The notes under the pieces: generated by a model
The model's database searches: none
What the model was told of the DNA's origin: nothing
The model's input: the letters and a program-made list of their open reading frames with translations, nothing else
NCBI GenBank assembly: GCA_002269645.1
Contig: NIVC01000416.1
Span: forward strand, 124,001-188,000
DNA: 64,000 nt
Direction of reading: 5' to 3'
From: Macrostomum lignano
Taxonomy: Eukaryota
Position numbers and translations under genes: made by a program
Shown here: piece by piece, positions 41,583 to 54,524 of the stretch
How the letters are laid out: every line of letters begins with the position of its first letter
How positions within the stretch are numbered: the stretch's first letter is position 1

Positions 41583-44500
41583 TCAAACTTTGCTGTCCTT
41601 TACTTTGCTTTTGTCTTTCTTTTTCGTTGACCTGCTGGGTCCAGCCGCCTCCTGGTCACCTTCGACGTTGGTCGATTCGTCTACCAGGGCAGTTTTTAGA
41701 CTCAGCGCGGCGCTCTGCTGAGTCACCCACTGGTGCATGTTATTGTTCAGCATGTGCGTAGTCTCCTGGATCTGTTGCACAGCTCGCACAAGCGACAGCA
41801 GGGCCTTTTGATTCTCCCCGATCAGCTCGCGAAGGTGCTGGATCTCCTCCTTGATGCGAACGTTTCCGGCCGCTAGATTGAGCTGGTCGGATTGGGCCTA
41901 ACAGAGGTTGCGTGGGTCTGCTATTCTTTCTTGTGGAATATATGTGTGCATCGCTAGAAAATACAAAGATTTCTTATTTGAAAAGCTCATAGTACTGCTG
42001 TTGTATGCAAACCATACAATTTTAACTTTGAATTCGTCAACGTATGCATCCTTTCACTGGACGAATTTCACTAACTCAGACGAATTCGGAGTCACAAAAT
42101 TACCATAGACATCAATTATTTAGCCTTTGAGGGCTCGTATTTACCTGCAAGTTCTGCAGCCGCATATCGAGTATCTTCTGGGTCCGCTGTATGCCGTCTA
42201 GTTGCGGAATGGCCAGAAACTGCAGCGGCGGCGATCGAGCGTCGCTGATGCTGGGCCCGCGGCCTCGAGTCGTGGTCGACTGCCGATTGCCGGACCTGCG
42301 CTGGAAGCTGCTGCTGTCTTCGTCTGCGTCTGGGGGGCGGAAATAAAGTGCAACCGGTTTTTTGCATCTTGCAACCTAATCTTTCACTTTCTTTTTCTTT
42401 TTTAACGGATAACATCTCAGTGATATCACAATATAGTCTCGAAACTGCCAGATAAACGGAACTGTCTTTGAAACCTGGACAATTGTACAAGGTCTGTTTG
42501 TTGACTATTTTTATCAAAACTATATAGTTGATGGACACATGTGAATGTTCAACTATCAGTTCAACTTTGGCTCTAGCAGGGATGAGATGTACAGTACAAT
42601 TTACAGACACGTCTTCTTGTGGACGAAACGTCTCTGCATAGCGGAAGTGTGTTGAAGTTGCAGCGATAGTCGATGGCCATTTCTGCTATCCGTTAGGCTT
42701 TGGCGTACTCGTAAAAAGGGTTTTAATGCGTCTAAATGATTATTGGGGCCAGATTTTGTGCAAATATCAATTCAGTGTATCCATTGTGCCTTGTAAGCGT
42801 TGGTCCACAGTAAGAGATCATGCTCAGACACTCGAATACAATACAATATACATTAATGACATTGGGAAATAGCTTTAGCTGTTCGGTGTGGAGTGAAGTG
42901 CCGAAACAGTATTGAGAATTTATAAGTTCAAGCTTAAGGCAACGGACTGCTCAGGTAAATATTGCACTCATAAAAAGTTACGACATCGAGTATTGAGGCT
43001 TGTTGTGGATGGCAGCAATGGAGAAAGAAAAGCGGGTTTCCGTAATTCAAAAACGTTTTCTTTCTGAAAAGCTTTACCCAGCAATTTGCTTCGAGCGGCA
43101 GCTTTGCCAGCTATGGCGGGAGCAGCCGTTTTTGTATTGCGCTGAGAAGATGCAGCGTTTTCGTCTGCATCAGATAATTCCTCATCAATGTCTTCCGCCT
43201 CTGTGAGTTTCGCAATATGTTTTGGATCATTAGCAGTAAATGAATTTACAAGGAAAATGTAAAATAAGGGCGTACTAAAATGCTATATAAGAATTGCAAA
43301 GCAAAGAAGCGATGAAAAAACCAAACTTCGAGATTTCAATCGGTTTTTAATATTCGTTCAAAGAGTAAAAGCCTTCCGAAGTACTTGTAGGTAAATTTTT
43401 CACTGTTAACAATGTTTAATTACTCGCTCAACTGATAAATAAATCAGGTAGGTCAACGGGCGCTCACCTGCAAAATGAACCGTTTTCGAGTCGTCCTGCT
43501 GCCCGTAGGCGTCCGGACTGGCGCCAATCATCTCCTCCGGCCGGAAGCTGATGGCGTCTTTGGGATTCTTCTGAACGTCTATAAAAATTGGAAAAGCAGA
43601 AAATGAATAGAACTTTCAATCTTATCAGTTGTTTCAGACAATTTCTTTCTACCAGCTTAGCGGACTTCGGAGTTTATTACACACATCCGACAACGACATC
43701 GTTGGTGAATGGATACTTTTGCATTACACCGATGTTTGGCCGAAGCATGATTTGCTTATACATCGGTGTGATGCAAAAATAGACACTTTCCAGCAACTTC
43801 GAATCGGTGTACGGGAGATTAATAGGCTTGTGTTGATTCAAAGCTCAATTGGCAGCAGCCATCGTGAGCGAGTGGTGAAACAAGCGTAGCTCCAAAGTAG
43901 CCCTGAGCAGCGGTAAAAACTACAGCGAATGTGCAGTTGGTTGACTGCCGCACCTGGAGGTCAGGTGTGCAAGCCTGGTTTCTAGGAGACATTCTTACCT
44001 TCAATATCATTTTCTCTCTCCATTTTAAACAAGTAACGCCGGACAAGTCGCTGCATGATGTCAGCATAGGAGGTGTCCTGCGCGATGATGTCCATGCTCT
44101 TGCAAACGGCGTCTCTGCGAGTCTGCAAGGGCGAGGTAAAGACGTTATTCTTGTAGGTTTTTTGAGTTGCTATTAAGCTAGGCAAGTTTGAATTCAAACT
44201 CAAAGCATTTAAACAGAACAAGTAAGCAATACAAGATTTCCCTTTATTTTGACGTTTTAAATTTCAGCTATTGCATAAAGTAAAGTTCAATAGCAAAATA
44301 AGAGCAGAGCAAAAGCGCAGACACGTCGTGGCAGCAGAAGCTTAAACTTTCACTCGGTCGTTCAAGCGCCACAGCTGCAAACATTGCGACGGTAGATGAA
44401 GATCGACATCAGCAGTTAACACGCACTTCACAACAAATGATACCTTGTTTTTAGTTCAATTCAGGCTTTAGTTAAGCATATCTTCAATTGTATAACAGCC

Positions 44501-47500
44501 ACAGACCACAGTGGTCAAGAATTAATCCCCTACTTTATTCAGAAGGTGTCCAAACTTGCAGATATGGTGATTAAACGCGGATTGTGAGATTATGCAACGA
44601 AATAATAAAATTTTTAAAATAAGGGAGGATCCAAAACTTTGAATCTATTGATTCAAAATTCTCAGTGCGGCATGCATTGTACTTTTTTTAGTTTCAGGAG
44701 TAGGCAATGCAATAAATGAAGTCATGCAACCTCAGTGCATTAAGTTTATCTTGGTAAATTGTGCATTTTATAGTGCATTAGGATTTTTAAATAATTGGCT
44801 TTCAGATATGTTGGACCTGTCTTTTTGGTGTCCAATAAAGCTCACCATTTTAAAAGACTAAGATATAAACAGAAATAAGCTGTTTGCGCACAGACAAACC
44901 AAGGTCATACGCAGAACCTACCGGATTGGATTAATGCCAAAAGGAACTGCCGCCTATTTTCAAGGGCTATATAGCTCATGTTTCTCAAATCAAATACGTT
45001 TTTCGACAGATAAAATCAGGGTAGCAAGGGATCAAGACGTGAGAACAGCGAACAGAAGTCAATTAAAATCGTGAGCTTTTTTGGGACACCCGTTATACAA
45101 ATGTCTTCCTATACAAGTAAAAATGCGTGCGTAAAACTTATTTTTTAAGTTATATCGCAGTCTCTAGCATTCTCTTACGAAGAACCAAGATATAGACAGT
45201 GAGCCAAAAACCTCTTCATAGTTAATTACGAGCGTATTAAGGGAGAAGCTGATAATATAATTTAAATTTTTCGTAAGATTTGTGTTTTGCTTGCATGGCT
45301 GTAAAACAATGTACGTGTACACTGCGAAGCAATCACCCTGTCAGTAAACGGATTAAACACTTTAACTGGTGAAAATTTATATTTGAAGACTTCTAATTTT
45401 CGGTTTTTATTGGATCTTTTGCACTTCGATGATGGTTTAAATTGCTATTTGCATGCAGATGCTTGTTTGTAGATTGGCAAAAAAACGAAACACAAATAAA
45501 AGCTCTTCCTAATTCCTAAATGTACTTTTTATTGGATTTTTTTCTCGAGCAACTGCTTTCTTTCAAAAGTCTGTCTGTTGCAAAACCCCTATTTGATGTA
45601 ATTCTCGTATTTAACTACACAACTCTGTGCAATGCAAGGGACACTTAAATTAAATAAACCTGTAACACAACTGCAAGCTTGAAACATAAGTTCTAAGCAG
45701 TTCAACCGATTAGAATTCGTTTAGTGAAGCGAAAGTATAGGTTTCATATAATTTTTCGCAACTTTTAAAGTTTATACTCCGGCTTGCTTGGGAAGTGTTT
45801 TATAATCATCATAGTTCTTATCCAATATACTGCATCAAATTGTCTTCCTAATCTGTCTAAGTGCGCTCTGTTAGTAAATGCGCTTTAGCGCTGACAATCT
45901 ATATATTTTTTCTCTCAACGGATCAACTAACTTCTTAAAAGCGACTGTGAAAGAAATCAACTGAAAGGTAACAAAATGTATCACTGTGGAGACTCACAGC
46001 ACGGTAGTAAGGCAAATATTTTGTTATAATAAACTGAAAGACTTGCAACCGTTTGCTTAAGATAAGCAAAAGAGGACAGCTGTTTAAAACAGAAAAAATG
46101 CAACTGAACAGTCTTCGACATTTCGGCATGGAATACCTGCAGCCTGCGAGCCCGCATCCGCTGCTCTTCATCATTATTTGAGCAACAACAGCACGCCTGC
46201 TGGCGGGGAATTGGCAAATTGCAAGCGTCAGATGATTGCTAACTAATTGTCACATTCTCCTCCATGCTCTTTTGCGCAATTAACTATTCGTGTGAACAGT
46301 AGCTGACAACACGAAAATTACTTAATAGCCGTGTGAATTTTAATTAGCTAATACGCATAATAAATAATTAATCAACTAAGGCATTAATTCGGTGCATAAG
46401 AATTATAGCGCGAATATAAATTACCGCTGAAAATTGGCTGTATGAATTTTTAGTAAGCAATTACTCAAGAGGTTTAACGCATCCAGATCAGCGTTGCTTT
46501 TGTCAGCCAAGTCATGATTCGGCCATAGGCATCACCACAGAGAAGGATGCCAGGAGCAGCCTGTCTGATAGAATTCAGGCTTTACTTCGACATCGATTTT
46601 CATGCCGCAAAGATCTGCATTATAACTTGGTTGCTTTTTTATCAAGGTATCAACTTCATCCGGGGTTGTAGCCAAGTGGTTAGAGCGTCGGACTTACGAG
46701 GTCCACTCGGAAAGATTTGTGTCCTTGAGCAAGACACTTTTAACTCTGCATTGCTTCAGTTCACCCAGCTGTAAAATGGATGCCAACATTAACTGAGGTA
46801 AATGAGGGAGTGTGTGGCGACCCCCCAGTCCTTGGACTAAACAGCCGTACGCAGCCTTGAGATGCGCCTCTAAATAGCTGCGGCTGAGCTGCCAGTTGCA
46901 CATCTGGCCCAATTGGGGTAGGTGTAATTAATTATTTATTATTTATTAATATCAGTTTGAATTTTGCTTATGTCTGTGGTCAAGACCAAATCTACTGCTA
47001 CCAAATGGCAATGTCAAACTTGATTAGCGTGACCTTTCACTTGAAATATCAGCTTGGCAGACAAAAGCGATGATACAACAGCTCACCTGGATGAAAATTT
47101 TATCAATATTCGAAGTCGAAAGCCTATACAGAACAAAGACAGGTGAGGCCAGAGACAACAAGAAATTTTTTCTAATGAGAAGCTCGACTGAGAGACAAGC
47201 AAACCTAGCAACTGAACATCTGAGCTTGCAATTCATATTTTAAACCTTTTGATTTACATCAGTGCTACAAACCTGACCAGTGATAACTGAATACCAACTT
47301 CTGTTGCTATCTCCACGGTCTTGTGCAAAGTTTCTTGAATTTTTCTGGCTCTCAATCTTTTGCAAAACTGTTCCAGACTGCTTCCAGGATAGTTTGTCTG
47401 TCAGTCGAGGCTCTTAGCCACAAATTGTGTGTTGTCTCTGGCCTAACCTGTCTTTGGTCGCTAGGCTTTTAACTTTGAATGTCTGTTACCCAACTAAGCA

Positions 47501-50500
47501 CATCATTTTATTTCTGTGGTCAAACTTTTAGTTAACAGCATGGAAATGTTTCTAAAAAAATCTAAAGCATTTACAAGTCTCCATAGGCTCTTATATTGGC
47601 TCAATTTTTCAAAGCTTTATAGAATAACAAACGGCAAGAAAATAACAAAATAATTACTAGGCCAGACTGCACACTGTATTTATCCATTGTACGGGCCAAA
47701 GTGCAAATTTGGTGCAATGCACAATAAACACAAAAAAGTTAATTCGCAACAGCAACCCGTAGCCAGCCAACAAAAGAGACGGACACGCAGGTGAATGTGT
47801 TAAGCGCAGTTAGTGATTTAGCAATTTCGGCTTTGAAATCGACGTCGTTCTTGATGTTATCCATTTGAATTTGAAGTTAAAGCCCGAGAAGAAACAAACA
47901 AATCTCTATCACTTTCATATGCTCAAAACTTCCAAACCAAGCCGTTCAAGTTGTGACATTAAGCGGTGGAAGAGACTGATAAGACGTTTTTCAACGATTT
48001 AAAAATTGAGAATATGCAGCTTTGATGTGTAATTCGACGTTACATCCTTGCATTCACATTTATGACCCCAAGATCAACCTGCAGGTAAGCTGATGTCAGG
48101 TAAAAATCGGCCAAACGATTCACAACTCACCTTAATAAACGCCGTACTCCGAGAATTCTCGCTAGACGCAAACACTGATTTGTGCGAGAAGAATCGTCGC
48201 ATAAATTTGTAGCCCCTGGAAACGCTCTGCGGCGTCGGCAGCAGATTGCAGGGCACCGGCAGGGTGCTGCCGTTGTCGATGTAGTTCAGCCACAGCTTGG
48301 TGCGCGCGAACTTCCACTCGACGTCGCATTCGCTCTGGTTTGAGTATTTACGAGTATATTGTAGACTGTTAGGAGCTTGGAATAAAATAATACACAGTAT
48401 AAAACCATACTAGGAGCCTAGAAAGCCGAATTAGCCCCGATGTGTAGCAGTGTCCAAAGTCTACTGCAAACTACGAGGTAACTAATAACTATTAAGAGCA
48501 TTGTCAAGGATACAAAAGTGTCGAAATATATGTATCAATAGAGAAGGTCTTGATTATTGAGCAGCATCATCGCATTGAAATCGAAACACTGGAATACGTT
48601 TCTTAATTTTTCAGTTAGACTTCAAACTTTTCTTTTTGTAATGTTAGTTATTCGTTATTAGTTTTATCCTATTACAGTATACAAAATATTAATGCATAAA
48701 ATCACTTTCTAAATAAACTGAAATTGTTCCAAACAATAATAAATTTATTTTAGTCAATTCAAAACATATGCAATAGCTTTTTAACGATATTGCTGTCCTA
48801 CCTGAATATCTTCAAATGAATGCGACATCATAGCGATGAGCATATTGATGAGCACAATAATGATGATCACGTGATAGAATGCCATCAGCGTCATTCCAAC
48901 TGTTTCCACAACCTCTGTGGACGAGTTGGTCTTGATCATACCGTCCTTGTACTGGTACTGAGCGTCATTTGGATTGCTGGCATCGTACGGATGCTTGATG
49001 GGCAGGGAGGCCAGCTGGAAATTGTTGAACATTGCCCAGAACAGGGTGAACAATGTGTGAACAAGACCCTCGAACGGCTCCGTGGCCGGTTCCTCCACCG
49101 TGAACGTCTGATTGCCAACTTCAACGATTCGGGCGATGCGCTGCAAGCCGTAGTACCAGTACAGGTTGTGCATGCCGACCATGAAGGCAAGCAGCACCTT
49201 GATGTCCAGTTTTGATGAAGGATTTTGTTAGAAGAATAAATAGCGTATCTTTTGCACTACTCACTATAAGTAGCTTCAGCTATCTAGCTCGTACTAGTAT
49301 ATTTTTATTGTATGATGAAATGAAGCATTGGGTACTGGGTCAGAAACCATATCATCAGACTGACTAAAAACTGTGAAGTATTCAAATATTCCGGCATTAT
49401 ACAAGATACAAGATACTAAGCTACCCAAAAGCACCCCTTAAATAGCGAATTCAAGTAAAATCCTTGGTTTTCACTGCTTCTGAGCTTCCATCTATGGCCA
49501 AAATCAACAATTCTGACATCTTAAAAAAGTTAGGCTCATCAGAACCTTTTGAAGCAATTTCGGCTTCATCGAAAACAATTTAATAATTCACTTACCAACG
49601 CAAACAGCACCAAAAATCGAGCGATGTCGGTCAGCATCCGGCTAAATGAAATCTGCAGCGGGCCCAATACTTCGAAGGCCGGCATTAAGAAGATAGTTCG
49701 AGCAAAGCTGAGCACGTTGGCCACCGCAAAGAGGACGTCAGACACGATTTCAGGATCGTGAGCTACCCAGTTGAAGCGGGCTGTACCGAAAAAATCGAGG
49801 AAAAATACGAATAAATCTCCATTGCGCTACTATCCATTTTAATTCAGTAGTAAAACCAGCACATTTCTACTTGCATGCTTCCAAAAAGTACATGTATCTG
49901 CGACAAGTCTCGTTAAGCTTCATCATCTGCATGAACTGGTTGAATTTGACTTCCAGATCTTTGATTCGAGTGACGTTCGAGTAGGTGACATTGGTGAGGA
50001 ATTCGGCAGCCAGCTGGGTGGCATTGTAGCAGTTGTTCGCCTCCTTTATCTTCAGGTCCACTATGATGCGGATGGTGTAGGAGGCGATGTACAACGACAG
50101 GATGAAGAAGTTCAGCATGCTGTAGGCGTTCAACACCACCTCCTTGATGCCCTGGAAGTACACCTGCTTGATCTCGGAGACTAAGTGACCTGCGGGTACA
50201 AGTTTGTTTAGTGGGTGTTAGAAAATCAAGCAACCTCATCATTGAAAACTTTACCGTCCCTTTGATACACAACAATCACTTTGGTACGCGCTTTGATACA
50301 CGACAATCTCTTTGGTACGCGCTTTGATACACAACAATCTCTTTGGTACGCGCTTTGATACACGACAATCTCTTTGGTACGCGCTTTGATACACGACAAT
50401 CTCTTTGGTACGCGCTTTGATACACGACAATCTCTTTGGTACGCGCTTTGAAACACGACAGTCTCTTTGGTACGCGCTTTGATACACGACAATCTCTTTG

Positions 50501-52129
50501 GTACGCGCTTTGATACACGACAATCTCTTTGGTACACGCTTTGATACACGACAATCTCTTTGGTACGCGCTTTGATACACAACAATCTCTTTGGTACGCG
50601 CTTTGATACACGACAATCTCTTTGGTACGCGCTTTGATACACGACAATCTCTTTGGTACGCGCTTTGAAACACGACAGTCTCTTTGGTACGCGCTTTGAT
50701 ACACGACAATCTCTTTGGTACACGCTTTGATACACGACAGTCTCTTTGGTACGCGCTTTGATACACGACAGTCTCTTTTGTACGCGCTTTGATACACGAC
50801 AGTCTCTTTGGTACGCGCTTTGATACACGACAGTCTCTTTTGTACGCGCTTTGAAACACGACAGTCTCTTTGGTACGCGCTTTGATCCACCGAAATCCAG
50901 AATCTTTTATTTATTTGGAGGGCCACTCTGCCAGTCCCAGATAGCACTTCATGATACAAATAGCTTGACTAGCTAGCGTTTACGGCATCAGATGTTAAAA
51001 AGATTTATCAAACAATAGATATTATTTACGATCGTGCAAATACAATAGAATGATTTTGGAGAGCCTACCTGCCATGCCAGATCATGACAAAACTGGACAC
51101 TTGTGCACTAATGGTGAAGAGCTTCAGAGATCTCCCGAAAATTCTCCCGGCAATGTTTTTTTGCATAGCTATTGTTCAGTAAACACGTGAGATAATCCTT
51201 TGTTCTTTCACTTTCTACTGCTAACAAAGATCAAATTATCGTGACTATTCAATGAGCGCTCCGATCAACCCAACTTTGAATAATCCAATTATCATGATTG
51301 CAGATGCCGCAGAACAATAGTATTGGCGTGGTTAGTAAACAAAGCAATGAACTCAGTAAAGTATTTTCCAACCTAAAATAGGTTTGCGGAAAATTAATGC
51401 CTCTCTAATGAAATTTCATGAGCTGTTTAAGCCAACTCTATTCCGAAATAGCTTTGCAACCCCAGGCGACACCCACCCCATTCTATGCCCCGGTCAGCTA
51501 TCTCGTTCGGAATTAACTTTCTACCCCAGACCCCAGACGACACCCACCTCACGCCATGCCCAAGCTCTCTCTCTCCTCTGGAATTACCCCAGACTACACC
51601 CACCTCACGCCACGACCAAGCTCCCTCTCCACTGAAATAACTTTCTACCCCAGACGACACCCACCTCACGCCATGCACAAGCTCTTATCTCTCCTCTGGA
51701 ATAACTTTCTACCACGCGCATCATCCTTGCGCCCTGCCCCAGATAACTATCTCGCCCAGACTAACATTTCTCGCCCACCCACTCCATATCTGACATGACT
51801 CATAGCTGTTCAATTTTTTAGAAACGCACAAGCTTAAGTTTTAAACAAACCTCAAACCATAACCACCCACCTGCAGTCCACAATATTATCAATATCTGCA
51901 CCGGCGTTATCACTGTACTCTCCGGTCGCAGCATTTTCTTTAGAAATGTCTTTCTCTCCTCAATGGTGTTGTTAAACCTCTCTCTGGCCATCTCGTTAGC
52001 GACAGGCGCGTGCGTTACCGAAGTGTCGTCGACGCGAAAAGTGGCAGCGGCCAGTAGGACAAGAAACAGGAAATGAGACACGGTGTGCGTGGCAAACTTG
52101 GCTGCCGGGCAGCGCAGGCCCTTGGATAC
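41583..52129 (-). CDS. TRPC: TRPC-like transient receptor potential channel, 3' part (N-terminal ankyrin exons not seen; presumably beyond the window)
   Basis: Exons 52129-51871, 50189-49875, 49780-49596, 49197-48802, 48334-48131, probable 46199-46137, ~44170-43999, 43578-43468, 42329-42145, 41897-41583. Motifs KF..HT.S..FL, LGPLQISFSRMLTDI, LFWAMF pore helix, LINMLIAMMSHSF, TRP box EWKFARTKLW, C-terminal coiled coil. Exons between 46.1 and 42.4 kb are incompletely resolved. Confidence 0.9.
46662..46950 (+). mobile_element. tRNA-derived SINE, second copy (A-box present, B-box region deleted)
   Basis: ggggttgtagccaagtggttagagcgtcggacttacga head; shared body with the 18.1-kb copy; (ttat)n-like tail. 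Confidence 0.7.
50260..50884. repeat. 31-bp minisatellite
   Basis: ctttgatacacgacaatctctttggtacgcg. Confidence 0.96.
51440..51710. repeat. Degenerate ~60-70-bp repeat in TRPC intron
   Basis: Recurrent ccccagacgacacccacctcacgcca...ctctcctctggaat. Confidence 0.7.
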
Positions 52130-52254
52130 CTGGATTGTTCGGAAGGTTAATAATATAATAAGGACATCACTGTATGAGTAAGGCGAATTGCATTGTAACA
52201 GTACAACTGCAGCAAGTTTCTAGTCAAGCTATCAAGCTATAATAGTTAATATTT

Positions 52255-53552
<1,298 letters not shown>

Positions 53553-53947
53553 CTCTTACGACTGTCTGTGTGTTTAGCGGGACCTGAGTTATGTTAATGC
53601 GTTACGTGGACCACGCAATTCCGGTTAAAAAATAGAGTCTGTTTTGACAACGCGAAAGGCTAGCTAGGGTTATCTTTTTGTTAACTTGACGGAATAGCCA
53701 GTTCGTGGAAACTGTGGCGGTTCACTAACTACGTTTTGGGGACCGGGTTAGGTGGACCGCAAAAAAACAGTTGGTTTAGTTAGACCTCTTTCTTTGTAGA
53801 AAATTTATGAGTTTCAAACTGTTATTTTGGGCTAATTAAAACAGAAATTCTCAAGAAACAGAAGATAAAAAAGGTTTACGATTCCATTTTATTAAAAAAA
53901 CCCTGGTTCAAACGAATTTATTTAGCTTTACTAAACTATGGGTTAAA

Positions 53948-54326
53948 CTGCATTAGTTACGAAAGAAAAACAACGCACACTCAGGGATACAAGAAGTTGA
54001 AGCATTTTTAAAACGGCAACAGTTATTAAAATGGAAATTGTATCAAACAGATATAAGAAATTGAAGCATTTTGAAAATAAATACCGAATCATTTCGCTTG
54101 CCTTAACGCAAAAGATTTAAACCTAATTAAACTAACTGCAAAGTCATTGAAACTAATTTAAGTCCGGAAGTACATTCTTAAACTACACGTTTAACAAACT
54201 TAGGATTGCATTAGTTAAAAAAGTCATAGGGAGTACAAGAAGTTGAAGCATTTTTAAAAGGGCAACAGTTATTAAAATGGAAATTGTATCAAACAGATAC
54301 AAGAAATTGAAGCATTTTTAAAACGG
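53948..54326. repeat. Pair of ~120-bp imperfect direct repeats 3' of the YR gene
   Basis: gcattagtta...aggga(g)tacaagaagttgaagcatttttaaaa...gttattaaaatggaaattgtatcaaacagat at ~53948-54072 and ~54207-54326. Confidence 0.8.
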
Positions 54327-54524
54327 CGACTCGCATTCCCCCCCCCTACACGTTTTTTGCACCCCCAGCTTAAAAATTGGCGCCCCTCATACTCATTTTG
54401 GCGTCCCAAACTTGGACCGGCCCCAAAAGCCATCGCTATGCTATCGATAGTGAACAGGTATTTCTTGTCAGCTAAACTAATAGATGCTTTTTAATCTTAG
54501 TGTTAGCAATCATAAAGCGTTTAG

